Origin: Neoechinorhynchus agilis
Taxonomy: Eukaryota > Animalia > Acanthocephala
Length of the DNA stretch: 64,000 nucleotides
NCBI GenBank assembly: GCA_051530055.1
Contig: CM121342.1
Coordinates: 6,261,489-6,325,488, forward strand
Reading direction: 5' to 3'
Shown here: positions 38,176 to 52,800 of the stretch, in pieces
Layout: the number at the start of each line of letters is the position of its first letter
Position numbering within the stretch: position 1 is the stretch's first letter
The notes under the pieces: generated by a model
Told to the model about the DNA's origin: nothing
The model's input: the letters and a program-made list of their open reading frames with translations, nothing else
Databases searched by the model: none
Made by a program: the position numbers and the translations under genes

Positions 38176-39054
38176 GGCAGCATTGGCGTCTTAGGAGGCT
38201 GGAAATGATGGGAGACTATTGTGGCGGTCGAGGCTTTCAGATACGGGCGACAAATTGATTCACACAGCCCCCCGTGAAGAGTTTTTAACATTGTTTTTAA
38301 GGCTGCAACTAACACGATTGAAGCAAACGCTTCGGCACGTTCAATTACGCGAAAATTCTAGATTTAAAGAAGTTTAAATGGCAAATAATCAATGGTGACC
38401 CCAAAGGTTGTCGTGTATGGATGACCTTTGTTTTAAATAACCGTTGACCGTAACGATTAGTCGCAATGGAGAATTTTTATTGGCTGTTGTTTCGCACCTT
38501 CCAACTTCGAGACTTATATTTTCAAGACTTTTTATGGCGGTAAGGGCAAACGAATAAAGAATGCGGACTGATATTATCGAAAAAAAGATGAACGTATTGT
38601 CTCAATCAGATGAAAAGGTAGGCGAGATTATGCACTGGGACGGGAAGCTTTATTCGGTTGAATAGAACATCCCTGAATTAATGAGGTAAAGAGGATCTTG
38701 ATTGCCACAAACAAACCGAAACATTAATCTTTTTCCTAGAAAACGTGGATACTGATTTTAAGACACTCTGATCTCAATTCCGACAAAGTGGACGTCGCCT
38801 GTCGGCGTGGAAAATACACTGATTGTTGTGATTAGGTCAAGCAAACATCGCTGAGAAAACTTTTAACCGATAACCAAATTCCAGACCGGGCTCTTGAAAT
38901 AATTTGAATATTCCGTTCAGTTACACGGTGGAGCGATGTAATAGTTTTATTTAAGTGTACGAAGGAAAAAACCAAAAATTACCGATTTCGAATTTTTTTT
39001 ATTCGAACAAAATTAGCTTATTTTGTTTCTTTAAATTTTAAAAGAAATTTGATG

Positions 39055-41985
39055 TCAAATGAATAATTATATAGATAATTTTATTGGGAAAATGCAAAAA
39101 TCTTGTAATTTTTTAAAGAAATGAAGATTTTAACGGCACAATTCTTTGTGGAGAAATTCGAAACGCGACTAAAATCGACGTGGTTATATTCGATTTCAAA
39201 AAAAAAGATTTTAGAGAATCCTTGGACTTCGCATGTGAGAAGGAATTACCTCGACTGTTTTTCAACAAGAGGATTTTTGTATTCTTCATGTACAAAAGTT
39301 ACGTTGAAATTAATAATTACATGGATAATTTTATTGGGAAATGCTCAAATTTTCCACCTTGGCCGAATGAAAATTTAAGGACACAATTTTTTTGACTAGA
39401 TGTGAAATCTTTAGGATTTGAAGAAATTCGAAACGCGACTAAAATCGACGTGGTTACATTCGATTTCCAAAAAAAAGATTTTAGAGAATCCTTTGAATGT
39501 GTGAAAATTACCTCGACTATTTTTCAACGAGAGGATTTTCGGACGAATCTCAATGTTTGCGCTTATTTTGATATTGAAAATTATGTATAAAAGTTACATT
39601 GAAGTATTGGGAAATGCTCAAATTTTCCACCTTGGCCGAATGAAAATTTAAGGACACAATTTTTTTGACTAGATGAGAAATCGTTAGGATTTGAAGAAAT
39701 TCGAAACGCGACTAAAATCGACGTGGTTACATTCGATTTCCAAAAAAAAGATTTTAGAGAATCCTTTGAATGTGTGAAAATTACCTCGACTATTTTTCAA
39801 CGAGAGGAATTTCGGACGAATCTCAATGTTTGCGCTTATTTTGATATTGAAAATTATGTATAAAAGTTACATTGAAATATTGGGAAATGCTCAAATTTTC
39901 CACCTTGGCCGAACGAAAATTTAAGGACACAATTTTTTTGACTAGATGAGAAATCGTTAGGATTTGAAGAAATTCGAAACGCGACTAAAATCGACGTGGT
40001 TACATTCGATTTCCAAAAAAAAGATTTTAGAGAATCCTTTGAATGTGTGAAAATTACCTCGACTATTTTTCAACGAGAGGATTTTCGGACGAATCTCAAT
40101 GTTCAGTTATTGAAATTAATAATTACATTGAAATATTGGGAAATGCTCAAATTTTCCACCTTGGCCGAATGAAAATTTAAGGACACAATTTTTTTGACTA
40201 GATGAGAAATCGTTAGGATTTGAAGAAATTCGAAACGCGACTAAAATCGGCGTGGTTACATTCGATTTCCAAAAAAAAGATTTTAGAGAATCCTTGGAAT
40301 GTGTGAAAATCACCTCGACTGTTTTTCAACAAGAGGATTTTTGTATTCTTCATGTACAAAAGTTACGTTGAAATTAATAATTACATGGATAATTTTATTG
40401 GGAAATGCTCAAATTTTCCACCTTGGCCGAACGAAAAATAATTTAAGGACACAATTTTTTTGACTAGATGAGAAATCGTTAGGATTTGAAGAAATTCGAA
40501 ACGCGACTAAAATCGGCGTGGTTACATTCGATTTCCAAAAAAAAAGATTTTAGAGAATCCTTGGAATGTGTGAAAATCACCTCGACTATTTTCCAACGAG
40601 AGGAATTTCGGACGAATCTCAATGTTTGCGCTTATTTTGATATTGAAAATTATGTATAAAAGTTACATTGAAATATTGGGAAATGCTCAAATTTTCCACC
40701 TTGGCCGAACGAAAAATAATTTAAGGACACAATTTTTTTTAACTAGATGAGAAATCTTTAGGATTTGAAGAAATTCGAAACGCGACTAAAATCGACGTGG
40801 TTACATTCGATTTCCAAAAAAAAGATTTTAGAGAATCCTTGGAATGTGTGAAAATTACCTCGACTATTTTTCAACGAGAGGATTTTCGGACGAATCTCAA
40901 TGTTTGCGCTTATTTTGTTATTGAAAATTATGTATAAAAGTTACATTGAAGTATTGGGAAATGCTCAAATTTTCCACCTTGGCCGAACGAAAAATAATTT
41001 AAGGACACAATTTTTTTGACTAGATGAGAAATCGTTAGGATTTGAAGAAATTCGAAACGCGACTAAAATCGACGTGGTTACATTCGATTTCCAAAAAAAA
41101 GATTTTAGAGAATCCTTGGAATGTGTGAAAATTACCTCGACTATTTTTCAACGAGAGGATTTTCGGACGAATCTCAATGTTTGCGCTTATTTTGTTATTG
41201 AAAATTATGTATAAAAGTTACATTGAAGTATTGGGAAATGCTCAAATTTTCCACCTTGGCCGAATGAAAATTTAAGGACACAATTTTTTTAACTAGATGA
41301 GAAATCTTTAGGATTTGAAGAAATTCGAAACGCGACTAAAATCGACGTGGTTACATTCGATTTCCAAAAAAAAGATTTTAGAGAATCCTTGGAATGTGTG
41401 AAAATTACCTCGACTATTTTTCAACGAGAGGATTTTCGGACGAATCTCAATGTTTGCGCTTATTTTGTTATTGAAAATTATGTATAAAAGTTACATTGAA
41501 GTATTGGGAAATGCTCAAATTTTCCACCTTGACCGAATGAAAATTTAAGGACACAATTTTTTTGACTAGATTAGAAATCTTTAGGATTTGAAGAAATTCG
41601 AAACGCGACTAAAATCGGCGTGGTTACATTCGATTTCCAAAAAAAAGATTTTAGAGAATCCTTGGAATGTGTGAAAATTACCTCGACTATTTTTCAACGA
41701 GAGGATTTTCGGACGAATCTCAATGTTTGCGCTTATTTTGATATTGAAAATTATGTATAAAAGTTACATTGAAATATTGGGAAATGCTCAAATTTTCCAC
41801 CTTGACCGAATGAAAATTTAAGGACACAATTTTTTTGACTAGATTAGAAATCTTTAGGATTTGAAGAAATTCGAAACGCGACTAAAATCGGCGTGGTTAC
41901 ATTCGATTTCCAAAAAAAAGATTTTAGAGAATCCTTGGAATGTGTGAAAATCACCTCGACTATTTTTCAACGAGAGGATTTTGGT
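39055..41985. repeat. Satellite F, ~256-277 bp unit, ~11 copies
   Basis: gaaattcgaaacgcgactaaaatcg recurs ~39152, 39423, 39696, 39969, 40225, 40491, 40770, 41047, 41320, 41593, 41868. Confidence 0.95.
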
Positions 41986-44687
41986 TTTCGGACGACTGAG
42001 AGATATATTTATCTTAAGAGACTTAACTCACTGAAGTGGCTTTCACCTGTAGTGGCGACTGACGCAGCTCGTTATGGATACTATAGAATAGTGGTGGTGG
42101 TGGTGTAAACCAAAGGTGTGTACCGAGACCAAAGACCTATTGGAAAGCTCCAATACCTATAATTCCAATCCAATATTTGATGGCATCATCAGCATGAGAC
42201 GAAACCGATTAGTAGGGGTGTGTACAACATCTCAGAAGCGATGGTTTCGTCGGTGGTACCGACGCCTCTTGTGTTTTAACTGCAGCCTGCGAATGACGAG
42301 AGAAAATCAAAGAGCAGCAGAAAAGTGGAAGGGATGTGATGGCGTTGAGAAGACAGCTTCTCTAAAAACGAGGTACTGAGGATGGCAATATTCACAAGTG
42401 GGAGAGATATGAGATGTAAAACAAAGATTTGGTCGTGGAAATTGTGGAGATAATTCATAATCTTCGACCACAAACTGGGATTATACAATAAGGCAGGTGA
42501 AATGACAAGTGGGCTATTCATCTCGAGACTGACAACGAATTTCTCGAGTACTCTTTGGAGTTTGAAGAATATCCGCCTTAATGATGCTGACCAGCCGCTA
42601 TCAGTCCAAAGCTTGATGCTTCATTTAGTAGCTGGACGTTTTTGGCAAATAAATGTTTTTCTAGATGAGGCGACACTTGAGAAATTTTAGATCTGGACTT
42701 GGGAATAACCCGGGTTTTTGTCTACGAATTTGTTCTCGGGCGCCTTTTTGGATAACATTCAGGTTTTTGGTGTCCTTGTAATTTAATGTCATAGACAGAA
42801 ATCTCGGTCGTCTTAGCCTAGGACAAAACATCCTTTTCCCTGTTATATATCGATCATATGAAAAATAAGTGAAATTCTTTGGATTTTCTGGTTTAAATCT
42901 AATTCTACAATCTATTTTCTACGCTCCACTATAAAAAAGAAAACTTAAATTCGCATGAACGGCTATAACGTTTTCCTAAAGTCGATGAATCGGTCTCTTG
43001 TGAATTCATCATCTTAACGAAAAGCATCCATTATGACATTCTCTATTCAAGAATCTAAACGGAAGATGTATTTCTGCTTTTAAAGTACTGGGAGGCATTG
43101 AGGACTATTCCGGATAAACCACAAACTTCGCATCTTAGAGAGATTCCTGACTACTGTTTGTTATGTCTTTATTAGCTTTGTGCCATAATAGAGACAGTTT
43201 CTTTTTTTTGGTGTTAGAATTTTTCCAACTTCGTAAAATATGTAAAATTCAATTGATTATCAGATGATCTGAAGCTGGTATCCTACGTTTTCATTTTGAC
43301 TTCAAAACTTTACAAATGTGAATTAGTATTGAAACTGTGGGTAAATTCTAAGATATTCAAATTGTAAACGATTAAAAGCGTTAGCATTTTTAGAAGCAAA
43401 CGGCACTGTCGTTTTGCGCAATGAGGGCACTCTCACCCCGTTCTTTAAACTTAAACAGCAAGTCTAAAACAGGCATTGTTTAACTTGAATTAATTTTTTT
43501 GAATTATACAAAATATTGGTTTTTTAACTATTTTGTAAAGCAAAGACATCTTTATGTGTGCGATTGTCATCAAGGTTCCGGCAAAAGACTTGCATTCCTT
43601 TGAGCTTTTTATCCCAAGCGCAATGTCTACTGAGCAATCATGTAGATAACAATAATATTCGCAGAAGGTTGATATTCGATTATTTGCCATTGGTAGGGAA
43701 ATAAGCTCATTAAATCGAAAATCGAAGCTGTTATTTTAACAATCAAAAAAAAGAAATTTTAACATATTTGTTTTAAGGCATCTATATAAATAAAAATTCT
43801 TTTGTTCGATTCTTTAAAAAAGGTATGTAACCGCGATTTTGCTTAAACGAAAATAGTAGTGCTTTTGGTTTTATTCTAACCTTAAAAAAAACCAGCAGAC
43901 AAAACATTTGCAAATGATGAAAGTTATTGTTGAAACTAAATTCAATCTATTTCAAGTGCTGTATTGTAACGATTATGTCCAACAAAAATATTCTCACGGC
44001 AATATTATTGGAGGGTCATAAACATTCATTAATATTCCATAAAATTAATATTTTGAAAAAAAAATTTACTTAAAGGATGTATCAAAAAATCGTTGCCCAC
44101 ATTATATGAAAAAAATAAAAAAATCTTCATTTTCCACAATGTAATCTAATTGATTAATATACAATCGCTGGTGTTTTTTAGGGACCCCGAAATATCGGTA
44201 TCAAAAATAAATACATTTGTTTTCAACCGCTTAAATAAGCATTCGTCCATTATTGGCCGTATCAAAAATCAATAATGGAATTTTGACATTTGCTAGCAAA
44301 TTCATCTCATCGATTTGAGTGTGATAAATGCCACCAGAGGGAAATCCTAAGTTACTACTTATAATGCCATTTTGACTATACGATATTTAATAAATGGAGT
44401 TGGATGTTTGACAGAGCATGAAGGACATTCTCCCACAATGGTTTACCCGATGGCAACATCAGGCTGATCATCAATCTGGTCACGGATCATTTAAAATCCT
44501 CTTGTTAGTGATAGCCAATTAAATCCAAATGGTGTTTTATCAACTACTATCAAAGCTTTAATGGCCACTTAGGTATCTCTCCTTGTTGTGGCAGTGACAT
44601 CGTTTTGCTTTTAAAGTACTAAAAGTGATAGAAAAAAAAGATATCACGATGCAAGTCTTTTGGTCTTACGTAAAAAAAAGATAAAAT

Positions 44688-45240
44688 TGGTTATCTTTCT
44701 AATACCTGGAGGGAAGGATTTCTTAGTTCTGTCTACGACTTTTTAAAAAAAAGGTATGATGCTCGCTTATTTTTACTTTGAGTTTTTTTTTCTAGTGAAA
44801 CTCAATGAATTTCTAACTATTAGATAAAAATTAAACTTTCGAGAAAAATTGATTATCTTTCTAATACCTGGAGGGAAGGATTTCTTAGTTCTGTCTACGA
44901 CTTTTTAAAAAAAAAGGTATGATGCTCGCTTAATTTTTCCTTGAGTTTTTTTTCTAGTGAAACTCAATGAATTTCAAACACTTATTTCTAACTATTAGAT
45001 AAAAATTAAACTTTCGAGAAAAATTGATTATCTTTCTAATACCTGGAGGGAAGGATTTCTTAGTTCTGTCTACGACTTTTTAAAAAAAAGGTATGATGCT
45101 CGCTTAATTTTTCCTTGAGTTTTTTTTCTAGTGGGGTTTTTGTTTGTTGTTTTTAAAAAAAGGTATGATGCTCGCTTAATTTTTCCTTGAGTTTTTTTTC
45201 TAGTAAAACTCTATGAATTTCAAAAAATTAAACTTTCGAG
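44688..45240. repeat. Tandem repeat, ~161-175 bp unit, ~3 copies plus fragment
   Basis: ttatctttctaatacctggagggaaggatttcttag at ~44691, 44853, 45028. Confidence 0.9.
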
Positions 45241-45941
45241 AATAGAAAGTTCTGATTTCAACTTGAAAAATAACTACATTAAGTTTGACTCGGAAATCTA
45301 TTAAGAAGGGAATATACCAGTTTTAGCTAAATCCATAATCAAGATTTGTTATGATGAAGAAATTGGTTGAATATTCATATTAAAAATGAGATTAAACAAT
45401 GTAGTGATTATCCATTCACTTGTCATTTCATATTATTTAAACCTCTTCAGATTCTTTTGATTAAAATGGATGAAAAACATTAGATAAATCGATGTTTTCA
45501 AATTCAGAATTATCGTTTTTTGATTCACTAGATTGTTTTTCTGCGAGACAAATACATCGCAGTCAAGCCTTTTTCTATAAAGTTCTATGTAGATCTCTCA
45601 CTAAGAGTAAAAATTCTCGTTAACTTCTTCCAAAAATCTAGATTTTTTAGATATCAACATTTCCGCTATTCCATCGAGTTTTCCTTCGAGGGATTCAGTT
45701 CATTTTCTCCATATCGCGAGTTATTCCCTCCTCGAGATTTGTAAACATGCAAATTTTCGAGGCTTCAACTTCCTTATCAACCATTGTTTGTAAGTTTTGA
45801 AATATTCGAGTTCGTGTTTTGGCTTATTTAATATTCAAGTAGTGAAATGACAATGAATTAAGAGGCATTCATAACTATTTAAGATCTCTTTTTTTTGAAT
45901 AGAAAATTGGTTTGTAACACTGTTGAGCACCTGATGTTAAA

Positions 45942-46710
45942 TTAATAATCGCATTCTCTAAATACATTGACAACTTCAATGTTCTTTTAATTTATTTTCT
46001 GTAGTTTGGCGAGCCGGTAACTTTTCAGTAAAGGAAAAATGAATTATCAGCCGTGAAAAAAAGATAAATTAATTTAAATTAAGTTTAGGATGATAAATAA
46101 TAATCGCATTCTCTAAATACATTGACAACTTCAATGTTCTTTTAATTTATTTTCTGTAGTTTGGCGAGCCGGTAACTTTTCAGTAAAGGAAAAATGAATT
46201 ATCAGCCGTGAAAAAAAGATAAATTAATTTAAATTAAGTTTAGGATGATAAATAATAATCGCATTCTCTAAATACATTGACAACTTCAATGTTCTTTCAA
46301 TTTATTTTCTGTAGTTTGGCGAGCCGGTAACTTTTCAGTAAAGGAAAAATGAATTATCAGCCGTGAAAAAAAGATAAATTAATTTAAATTAAGTTTAGGA
46401 TGATAAATAATAATCGCATTCTCTAAATACATTGACAACTTCAATGTTCTTTTAATTTATTTTCTGTAGTTTGGCGAGCCGGTAACTTTTCAGTAAAGGA
46501 AAAATGAATTATCAGCCGTGAAAAAAAGATAAATTAATTTAAATTAAGTTTAGGATGATAAATAATAATTGCATTCTCTAAATACATTGACAACTTCAAT
46601 GTTCTTTCAATTTATTTTTTGAAGTCTTGCCAGCCGGTAACTTTTCAGTAAAGGAAAAATGAATTATCAGCCGTGAAAAAAAGATAAATTAATTTAAATT
46701 AAGTTTAAGA
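45942..46710. repeat. Satellite G, 155 bp unit, ~5 copies
   Basis: gcattctctaaatacattgac at 45951, 46106, 46261, 46416, 46571. Confidence 0.95.
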
Positions 46711-47009
46711 TGGTGGATAATTCTGGAAATAAATCGACGACTACATTCTTCTTTTATGAATTACCAAATAAATTAAAATTTTATAATGATTATCTGGATA
46801 TCAGTAAATAATATAGGCATTTTTTCGTGACTTTAAATAAACTAACAATAAACATTAATCGTTAATGTTAACCAAAACTTTGCCATCTAGAAAGCGACTA
46901 CAGACATCATCGATTATTTACCAACATTAATATCATAAGCGAGTGAACAAACAATTTTTCTCAAGTTGTAGACAACAAGGTCTCGAAATTTGCTTTGTAA
47001 CTGATGAAA

Positions 47010-47212
47010 CTACATTTGTGTTTTTTGTGGTGGTAACAAAATTGAAGGAATTTTTTGAATTCATTTGTTTTTGGAATGCACAAATTTGTCCGGTCTTTAT
47101 CAATGTTGTGAATTAATCTAATAGATGATAAAGGCCGAACAAAATTATGCATTCTAAAAACAATCGAATTCAATAAATTCCTTCAATTTTGTTGGCGCCA
47201 TAAAAAAGAACA
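47010..47212. mobile_element. Fold-back element whose ~90 bp arms are diverged satellite C monomers
   Basis: Left arm ends ...tttgtccggtctttatca (47102); right arm starts tgataaaggccgaacaaaattatgcattc (47126); 23-nt spacer. Confidence 0.8.
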
Positions 47213-47766
47213 TGAACAATTCAATTTCAAAACTAAAACTACATTTAATTTTGTTAAAACCAGCAAATAATCAATTACACAAAGAAACAAAGATAGTCGA
47301 ATATTTTAAATCGCAGGAAATACAACAAAAATGTCCAGTTAACGGAGATGACCAGAAGCCGTGATGGTTACCGACGGAGCAGTCATTTGAATTTTCATCA
47401 CAATTCCTTCACAATGGCAGGATTGATCCATTTGATCCAAAATCGCTAGATTATCTGTCGAGAATCCATGTACCGTGAATCGATAACGTACCTAAATGGA
47501 ATGATTACTAAGATCCATTTTAGCAAATAGTTTATCTTCTTGAACAAGTTCACTGATTGTTGAAAACCACAATATCTGAAACTAAGAGGATTAAATTGAC
47601 GATAGAAGATGTTATACATATAGTTTTAGCTTTTATTTTTAAAGCAATTTCGGATTAACATTTAAGGAAATAAATCTGATTGTACGTTGGCGAATCCTGT
47701 CCCCGGTTTGAGAAATATTTCACAAGGTTTTTCCTGCTCTGGATGTAGCTCAGATCCGCGAGTTTG

Positions 47767-48050
47767 CTAATACCCGAAGTGTGGGGGATCCGCACACACC
47801 TCCTTCGGTTTGTTGCCGACTAATTTGTTCGTCATGCTACGCAGCCGGATGTGAATGGCCTCAAGAATCAGTCTTCTTCTAAGATCCGGTTCGCTGGCTA
47901 TGAATCTCGCCTTTTCAAAATCCACCTTGTGCTGGATTGTTTGCTGGTGGTTCGAGATTGCTGAGGATTTGTCGAAAGTCCTGCAAGCCTGTTTATGCTG
48001 CGAGATCCGTTTTTTTAATCGCTTGCATGGTTTGTCCAATTGAGGACTCT
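47767..48050 (-). mobile_element. Penelope-like retroelement GIY-YIG endonuclease remnant (frameshifted)
   Basis: IGQT followed, after a frameshift, by CKRLKKRISQHKQA...SAISNHQQTIQHKVDFEKARFIASEPDLRRRLILEAIHI, typical of Penelope endonucleases. Confidence 0.85.
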
Positions 48051-49104
48051 ACGGAAAAATAATTCGATCAGTATTCAATTTATATTAGATTGCCGTTAGG
48101 ATTTTACAACCATTGAGGGCTTAAAAGGACGTTTATTTGCCTGTTTATTTTGCATAAAACTTAAAATCATCAAAAAGAGTCTACAAACATTCACATCACC
48201 TCTCTGGATCACTCTACTGCCGTCCTTGTGTAATGGTCGAAAGCAACCGATGCCGCATTGCCTGTTGTACGAGCATCCAGTTACCAGCAGTTAAAGCTGG
48301 ATCAAGTGCGCGACGGGATGGATTGCGAGTGAGAAGGCTATTGGACCCAAGGGATCCTATTGTTGAACTCATCTTTCTGACCACAGAACGTGGTTTTTAA
48401 ACTGCTTTTCCGCGATACTTTTATTCAAATTTTCTGCTTTTAAGCGGCGCAGAGTTCCAATTGCAATGGGACGAATCTCACCTTCCCTTTTCGCGAGGGC
48501 ACACAACGATACGCCGAAAAAATAGCTCAATTGCTTTTGGAATCAATTTTCCCCCTGCAATTGGTCCGCAAAATAGGTCAATGCATCTAAATTCTCATCG
48601 TTATCGCCAACATCCCTCAGACAAAAGACAGTTCGAGTGTAAATTGTAATTTGCAAATTAGTGCACAAATAAACAATTACAAAGCAAGAAATCAAGGACA
48701 CGCAAATGGGATAGATTGTAATTGTTCACCGCAAGTGACCGATTTCTGGCATATACAAGCATTTCCTCGAAAACCAATCCACTTGATAGAAGCGCACCAA
48801 TCGATCGAAAGCTGAGGTTAAACATTGTTTAGTTCTCTCTCTCAAATTCATTTTTGTGTTCCAGCACAAAAAATAATCAATTAACTTCAGATCATTTGTA
48901 AGCAGATTAGAAAATTACTAAATTTCATTTTTTGCAAAAATTTCATTTAAAATGCCGACTTGATATTTTTAACGATAACGTAATACTAACGTTTCGCACA
49001 CTTGAATCTAATCTCTTTGCGCTACTTAACTTTATTACATTTAAAAGCAGCAGAAATTAAAAAAAAATTTAAGAAACGAGATTTTTTTATTATAAGAAAT
49101 TTAA

Positions 49105-49195
49105 TCGTCCCCCGGACGCTGACCGCATTTCCTCGTTGGATTGCGAGGCTTATTCTTTGGATCAGGAAAATCCTCTCGCGTCGCTCCCTGTTTGT
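49105..49195 (-). mobile_element. 3' tail fragment of a CRE-type (RLE) non-LTR retrotransposon
   Basis: RERIFLIQRISLAIQRGNAVSVRGT matches the FQRISxAIQRGNAxSVxGT terminal motif of these elements. Confidence 0.7.
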
Positions 49196-49580
49196 GCTGC
49201 AAGTCGTCGTCATCAACTTACTACAAGACTTATTGAAGCTTTTTAAGAATAATCCATGGTTATTATTGATTTCAGTTTCAATTAGCGATGTTTGATTCAG
49301 AAATAGATTGTTGAAAATTTTCGACTTGTGGATGGATTTGACTGATCTCTTTACGTATATCTGGAAGAATTGTGACTTATAGGAAAGGAAAACCGATTGG
49401 TCCTTGTGGTTAACAAATTAATGTATTTTACTTGAATGATTTCAGTGAAGTGCTCTTAATTGAGTTCTTGGTTTATTTGCGTATCGTCTTATTTGTGTTT
49501 TATTTCTAAATCTGTTTTTGAAAACGTTTTTCTTGGATTCGACTGAAATGTTGAAGATTTTGTACGGGCGGGCACTGTGA

Positions 49581-49802
49581 TCACCACACATCTCCAAATC
49601 GAGTCATCCCGAAGGATTTTCTCTCTCGATGGTTTCTTAAATTAATTATCAAAAGAAAATCCATCGGAATGATTGATTTAGAGATGTGTTATGATTATAA
49701 TCCGCCCCGGATTGAAAATATTCCATGTGAGATATTTTCTATCCTAGGGATTATGGTCACCACACATCTCCAAATCGAGTCATCCCGAAGGATTTTCTCT
49801 CT
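49581..49802. repeat. Direct repeat pair (~50 bp) with partial inverted copy between
   Basis: tcaccacacatctccaaatcgagtcatcccgaaggattttctctctc at ~49582 and ~49757; cccgaaggattttctct also at ~37199. Confidence 0.7.
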
Positions 49803-49871
49803 CTTCATAAGATTATAAATCGGAGTTATAAAATTTTATGCCATCTAATATTTTTTTTATTCTAATCTTAG

Positions 49872-52800
49872 ATGAATGAACGGATGAGGGTGATAGATGG
49901 CTCTCAAATGGAGAGCGGTGGACAGATTTTAAGGATGAGTGCAGTTTTCAGCTGCCTTTTGCGAATTCCATTAAAAATATATAATATTCGTAAAAAACGA
50001 TCAAAACCTGGTCTAATGGCGCAGCATCTCGCTGGGCTCGAACTTATTGCTCAAATGTCTAACTGTGACCTTATAAACGCATCACTCGGTTCGATGATGA
50101 TTCAGATCGTCCCGAGAGATGGATCTAGTGAACGGGGTGGTGATTTTGCTAAAAACACTCACACCGCTGGATCGGTTGGACTTTTATGCGTGGCGGATGG
50201 AGATGTTGACGGCTTATCTTGAAAATCTATTCTAATCTTTTCTTATCGCAGATACTTATTTCGTATTTTTTGCCGGTATGTTAGATGTTTTGGTTTTCGT
50301 CCAATAGAAAACGTTTTGTTTGAAGACGTTTTCTATTGGACGGAGACCAAAACAACAAATTCGTAAAATATTTCACGATATTTAATGATCAATTTAAAAA
50401 TTTGTTGTTTTGGTTTTCGTCCAATAAAAGGCGTTTTGTTCGAAGACGTTTTCTATTGGACGGAGACCGAAACAACAAATTCGTAAATTATTTTATCATG
50501 GTATTTAATGATCAATTTAAAAATTTGTTGTTTTGGTTTTCGTCCAATAAAAGGCGTTTTGTTCGAAGACGTTTTCTATTGGACGGAACAAACAACAAGT
50601 AAAATTTTATCATGGTATTTAATGATCAATTTACAAATTTATTGTTTTGGTTTTCGTCCAATAGAAAGCGTTTTGTTTGAAGACGTTTTCTATTGGACGG
50701 AGACAAAAGCAACAAATTCGTAAAATATTTCACGATATTTAATGATCAATTTAAAAATTTGTTGTTTTGGTTTTGGTCCAATAAAAGGCGTTTTGTTTGA
50801 AGACGTTTTCTATTGGACGGAGACCGAAACAACAAATTCGTAAATTATTTTATCATGATGTTTAATGATCAATTTAAAAATTTATTGTTTTTGTCTTCGT
50901 CCAATAGAAAACGTTTTATGTGAAGAACTTTGCCTCTGAATAAAGCATTTTAAGTGATGATGAATCCGACGAAGCTCAAACCATTTTTAAACTTTATCGG
51001 ACGAATACTAAAATGGCATTTTTTTTCAAATTGGACATTCTTGGATATTAATTCGTCTCTCTCTCGTCTACATTTCATCATTCTAAATGATATTTGAATC
51101 CTTTCAAGTTCTAAAAATTCAATATATTAATTTCTATAAGGTTTAGACATCTTTATCATTCGTCTCTATTCGCACCGTTTACTTCAATCTGTTGTACCCT
51201 ATGCGTTATTGGGATGCCAAAGGCCTGTATCTCTTCACCTTGTTGGTGGCACAAACGCCGCCTATGCTCCACATATTGATTGGCTCCAAAACGTACTCTT
51301 CTATAACCTCAAAATGTTTTACAACGCTACAATTAATTTCAATATCTTGAACCGAGGCTGCTTTCCACAAGGAGGAGGACGCGTACAAGTGGATATTATG
51401 CCAATTATAGGAAGACCATTGCAGCCAATCAGCGTCGGGATTGTGGGGAATGAGATTAGAAATGTTGTTGTTCAATCGTGGGGATGCGGTCGAGTACCTC
51501 CTCAGCTTGTAAGAAGACTAGTAGATGCTTGCAAGAAGGAACTGGTTCAAGAAGGAGTGGTTAGAACTAATGAAATCGAGTCCAGTTGGACTAAAGACAC
51601 AAAACATATTCCGTCTTCTGGTTGTGGAGCAATTGTATACGCTGACAATACTCTAGGCCACAGATTTGGTGTTGATCTACTTTTATAGGAGAAGTCGTGA
51701 AAAGTTGTTTATTTTATGTGAAAATTTTCGATAATTTCATTCGGAATTTGTTTAGACATCCTTTTTTTCTCCTATCAAATAAAATTGTTGACATTTTTGA
51801 TCTACTTTTATAGGAGAAGTCATGAAAAGTTCTTTATTTTATGTGAAAATTTTCGATAATTTCATTCGGAATTTGTTTAGACATCCCTTTTTTTCTCCTA
51901 TCAAATAAAATTGTTAACATTTTTGATCTACTTTTATAGGAGAAGTCGTGAAAGGTTGTTTATTTTATGTGAAAATTTTCGATAATTTCATTCGAAATTT
52001 GTTTAGACATCCTTTTTTTCTCCTATCAAATAAAATTGTTAACATTTTTGATCTACTTTTATAGGAGAAGTGAAAAGTTATTTATTTTATGTGAAAATTT
52101 TCGATAATTTCATTCGAAATTTGTTTAGACATCTTTTTTTTCTCCTATCAAATAAAATTGTTGACATTTTTGATCTACTTTTGTAGAAGTGAAAAGTTGT
52201 TTATTTTATGTGAAAATTTTCGATAATTTCATTCGAAATTTGTTTAGACATCCTTTTTTTCTCCTATCAAATAAAATTGTTAACATTTTTGATCTACTTT
52301 TATAGGAGAAGTGAAAAGTTATTTATTTTATGTGAAAATTTTCGATAATTTCATTCGAAATTTGTTTAGACATCTTTTTTTCTCCTATCAAATAAAATTG
52401 TTGACATTTTTGATCTACTTTTATAGGAGAAGTCTGAAAAGTTGTTTATTTTATGTGAAAATTTTCGATAATTTCATTCGAAATTTGTTTAGACATCCCT
52501 TTTTTTCTCCTATCAAATAAAATTGTTGACATTTTTGATCTACTTTTATAGGAGAAGTTGAAAAGTTCTTTATTTTATGTGAAAATTTTCGATAATTTCA
52601 TTCGAAATTTGTTTAGACATCCCTTTTTTCTCCTATCAAATAAAATTGTTAACATTTTTGATCTACTTTTGTAGAAGTGAATAGTCGTTCATTTTATGTG
52701 AAAATTTTCGATAATTTCATTCGAAATTTGTTTAGACATCTTTTTTTCTCCTATCAAATAAAATTGTTGACATTTTTGATCTACTTTTATAGGAGAAGTG

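Noticed and set aside
41990-42760. GC-richer, coding-like stretch (also 45540-45800 and 48230-48400)
   Set aside because: Multiple stops in all frames and no motif I could recognise; probably decayed elements but not assignable.
50252-50275. 24-nt GT-AG mini-exon in RTCA intron 1
   Set aside because: It does not fix the phase to exon 2 and would add residues duplicating the LQSVVP segment.
51686-51688. TAG reassignment (alternative genetic code), suggested by TAGs at 51686 and 33672
   Set aside because: About 3000 codons of complete-looking ORFs contain no internal TAG, PGK ends in TAG, and the RTCA TAG falls inside the inferred intron.
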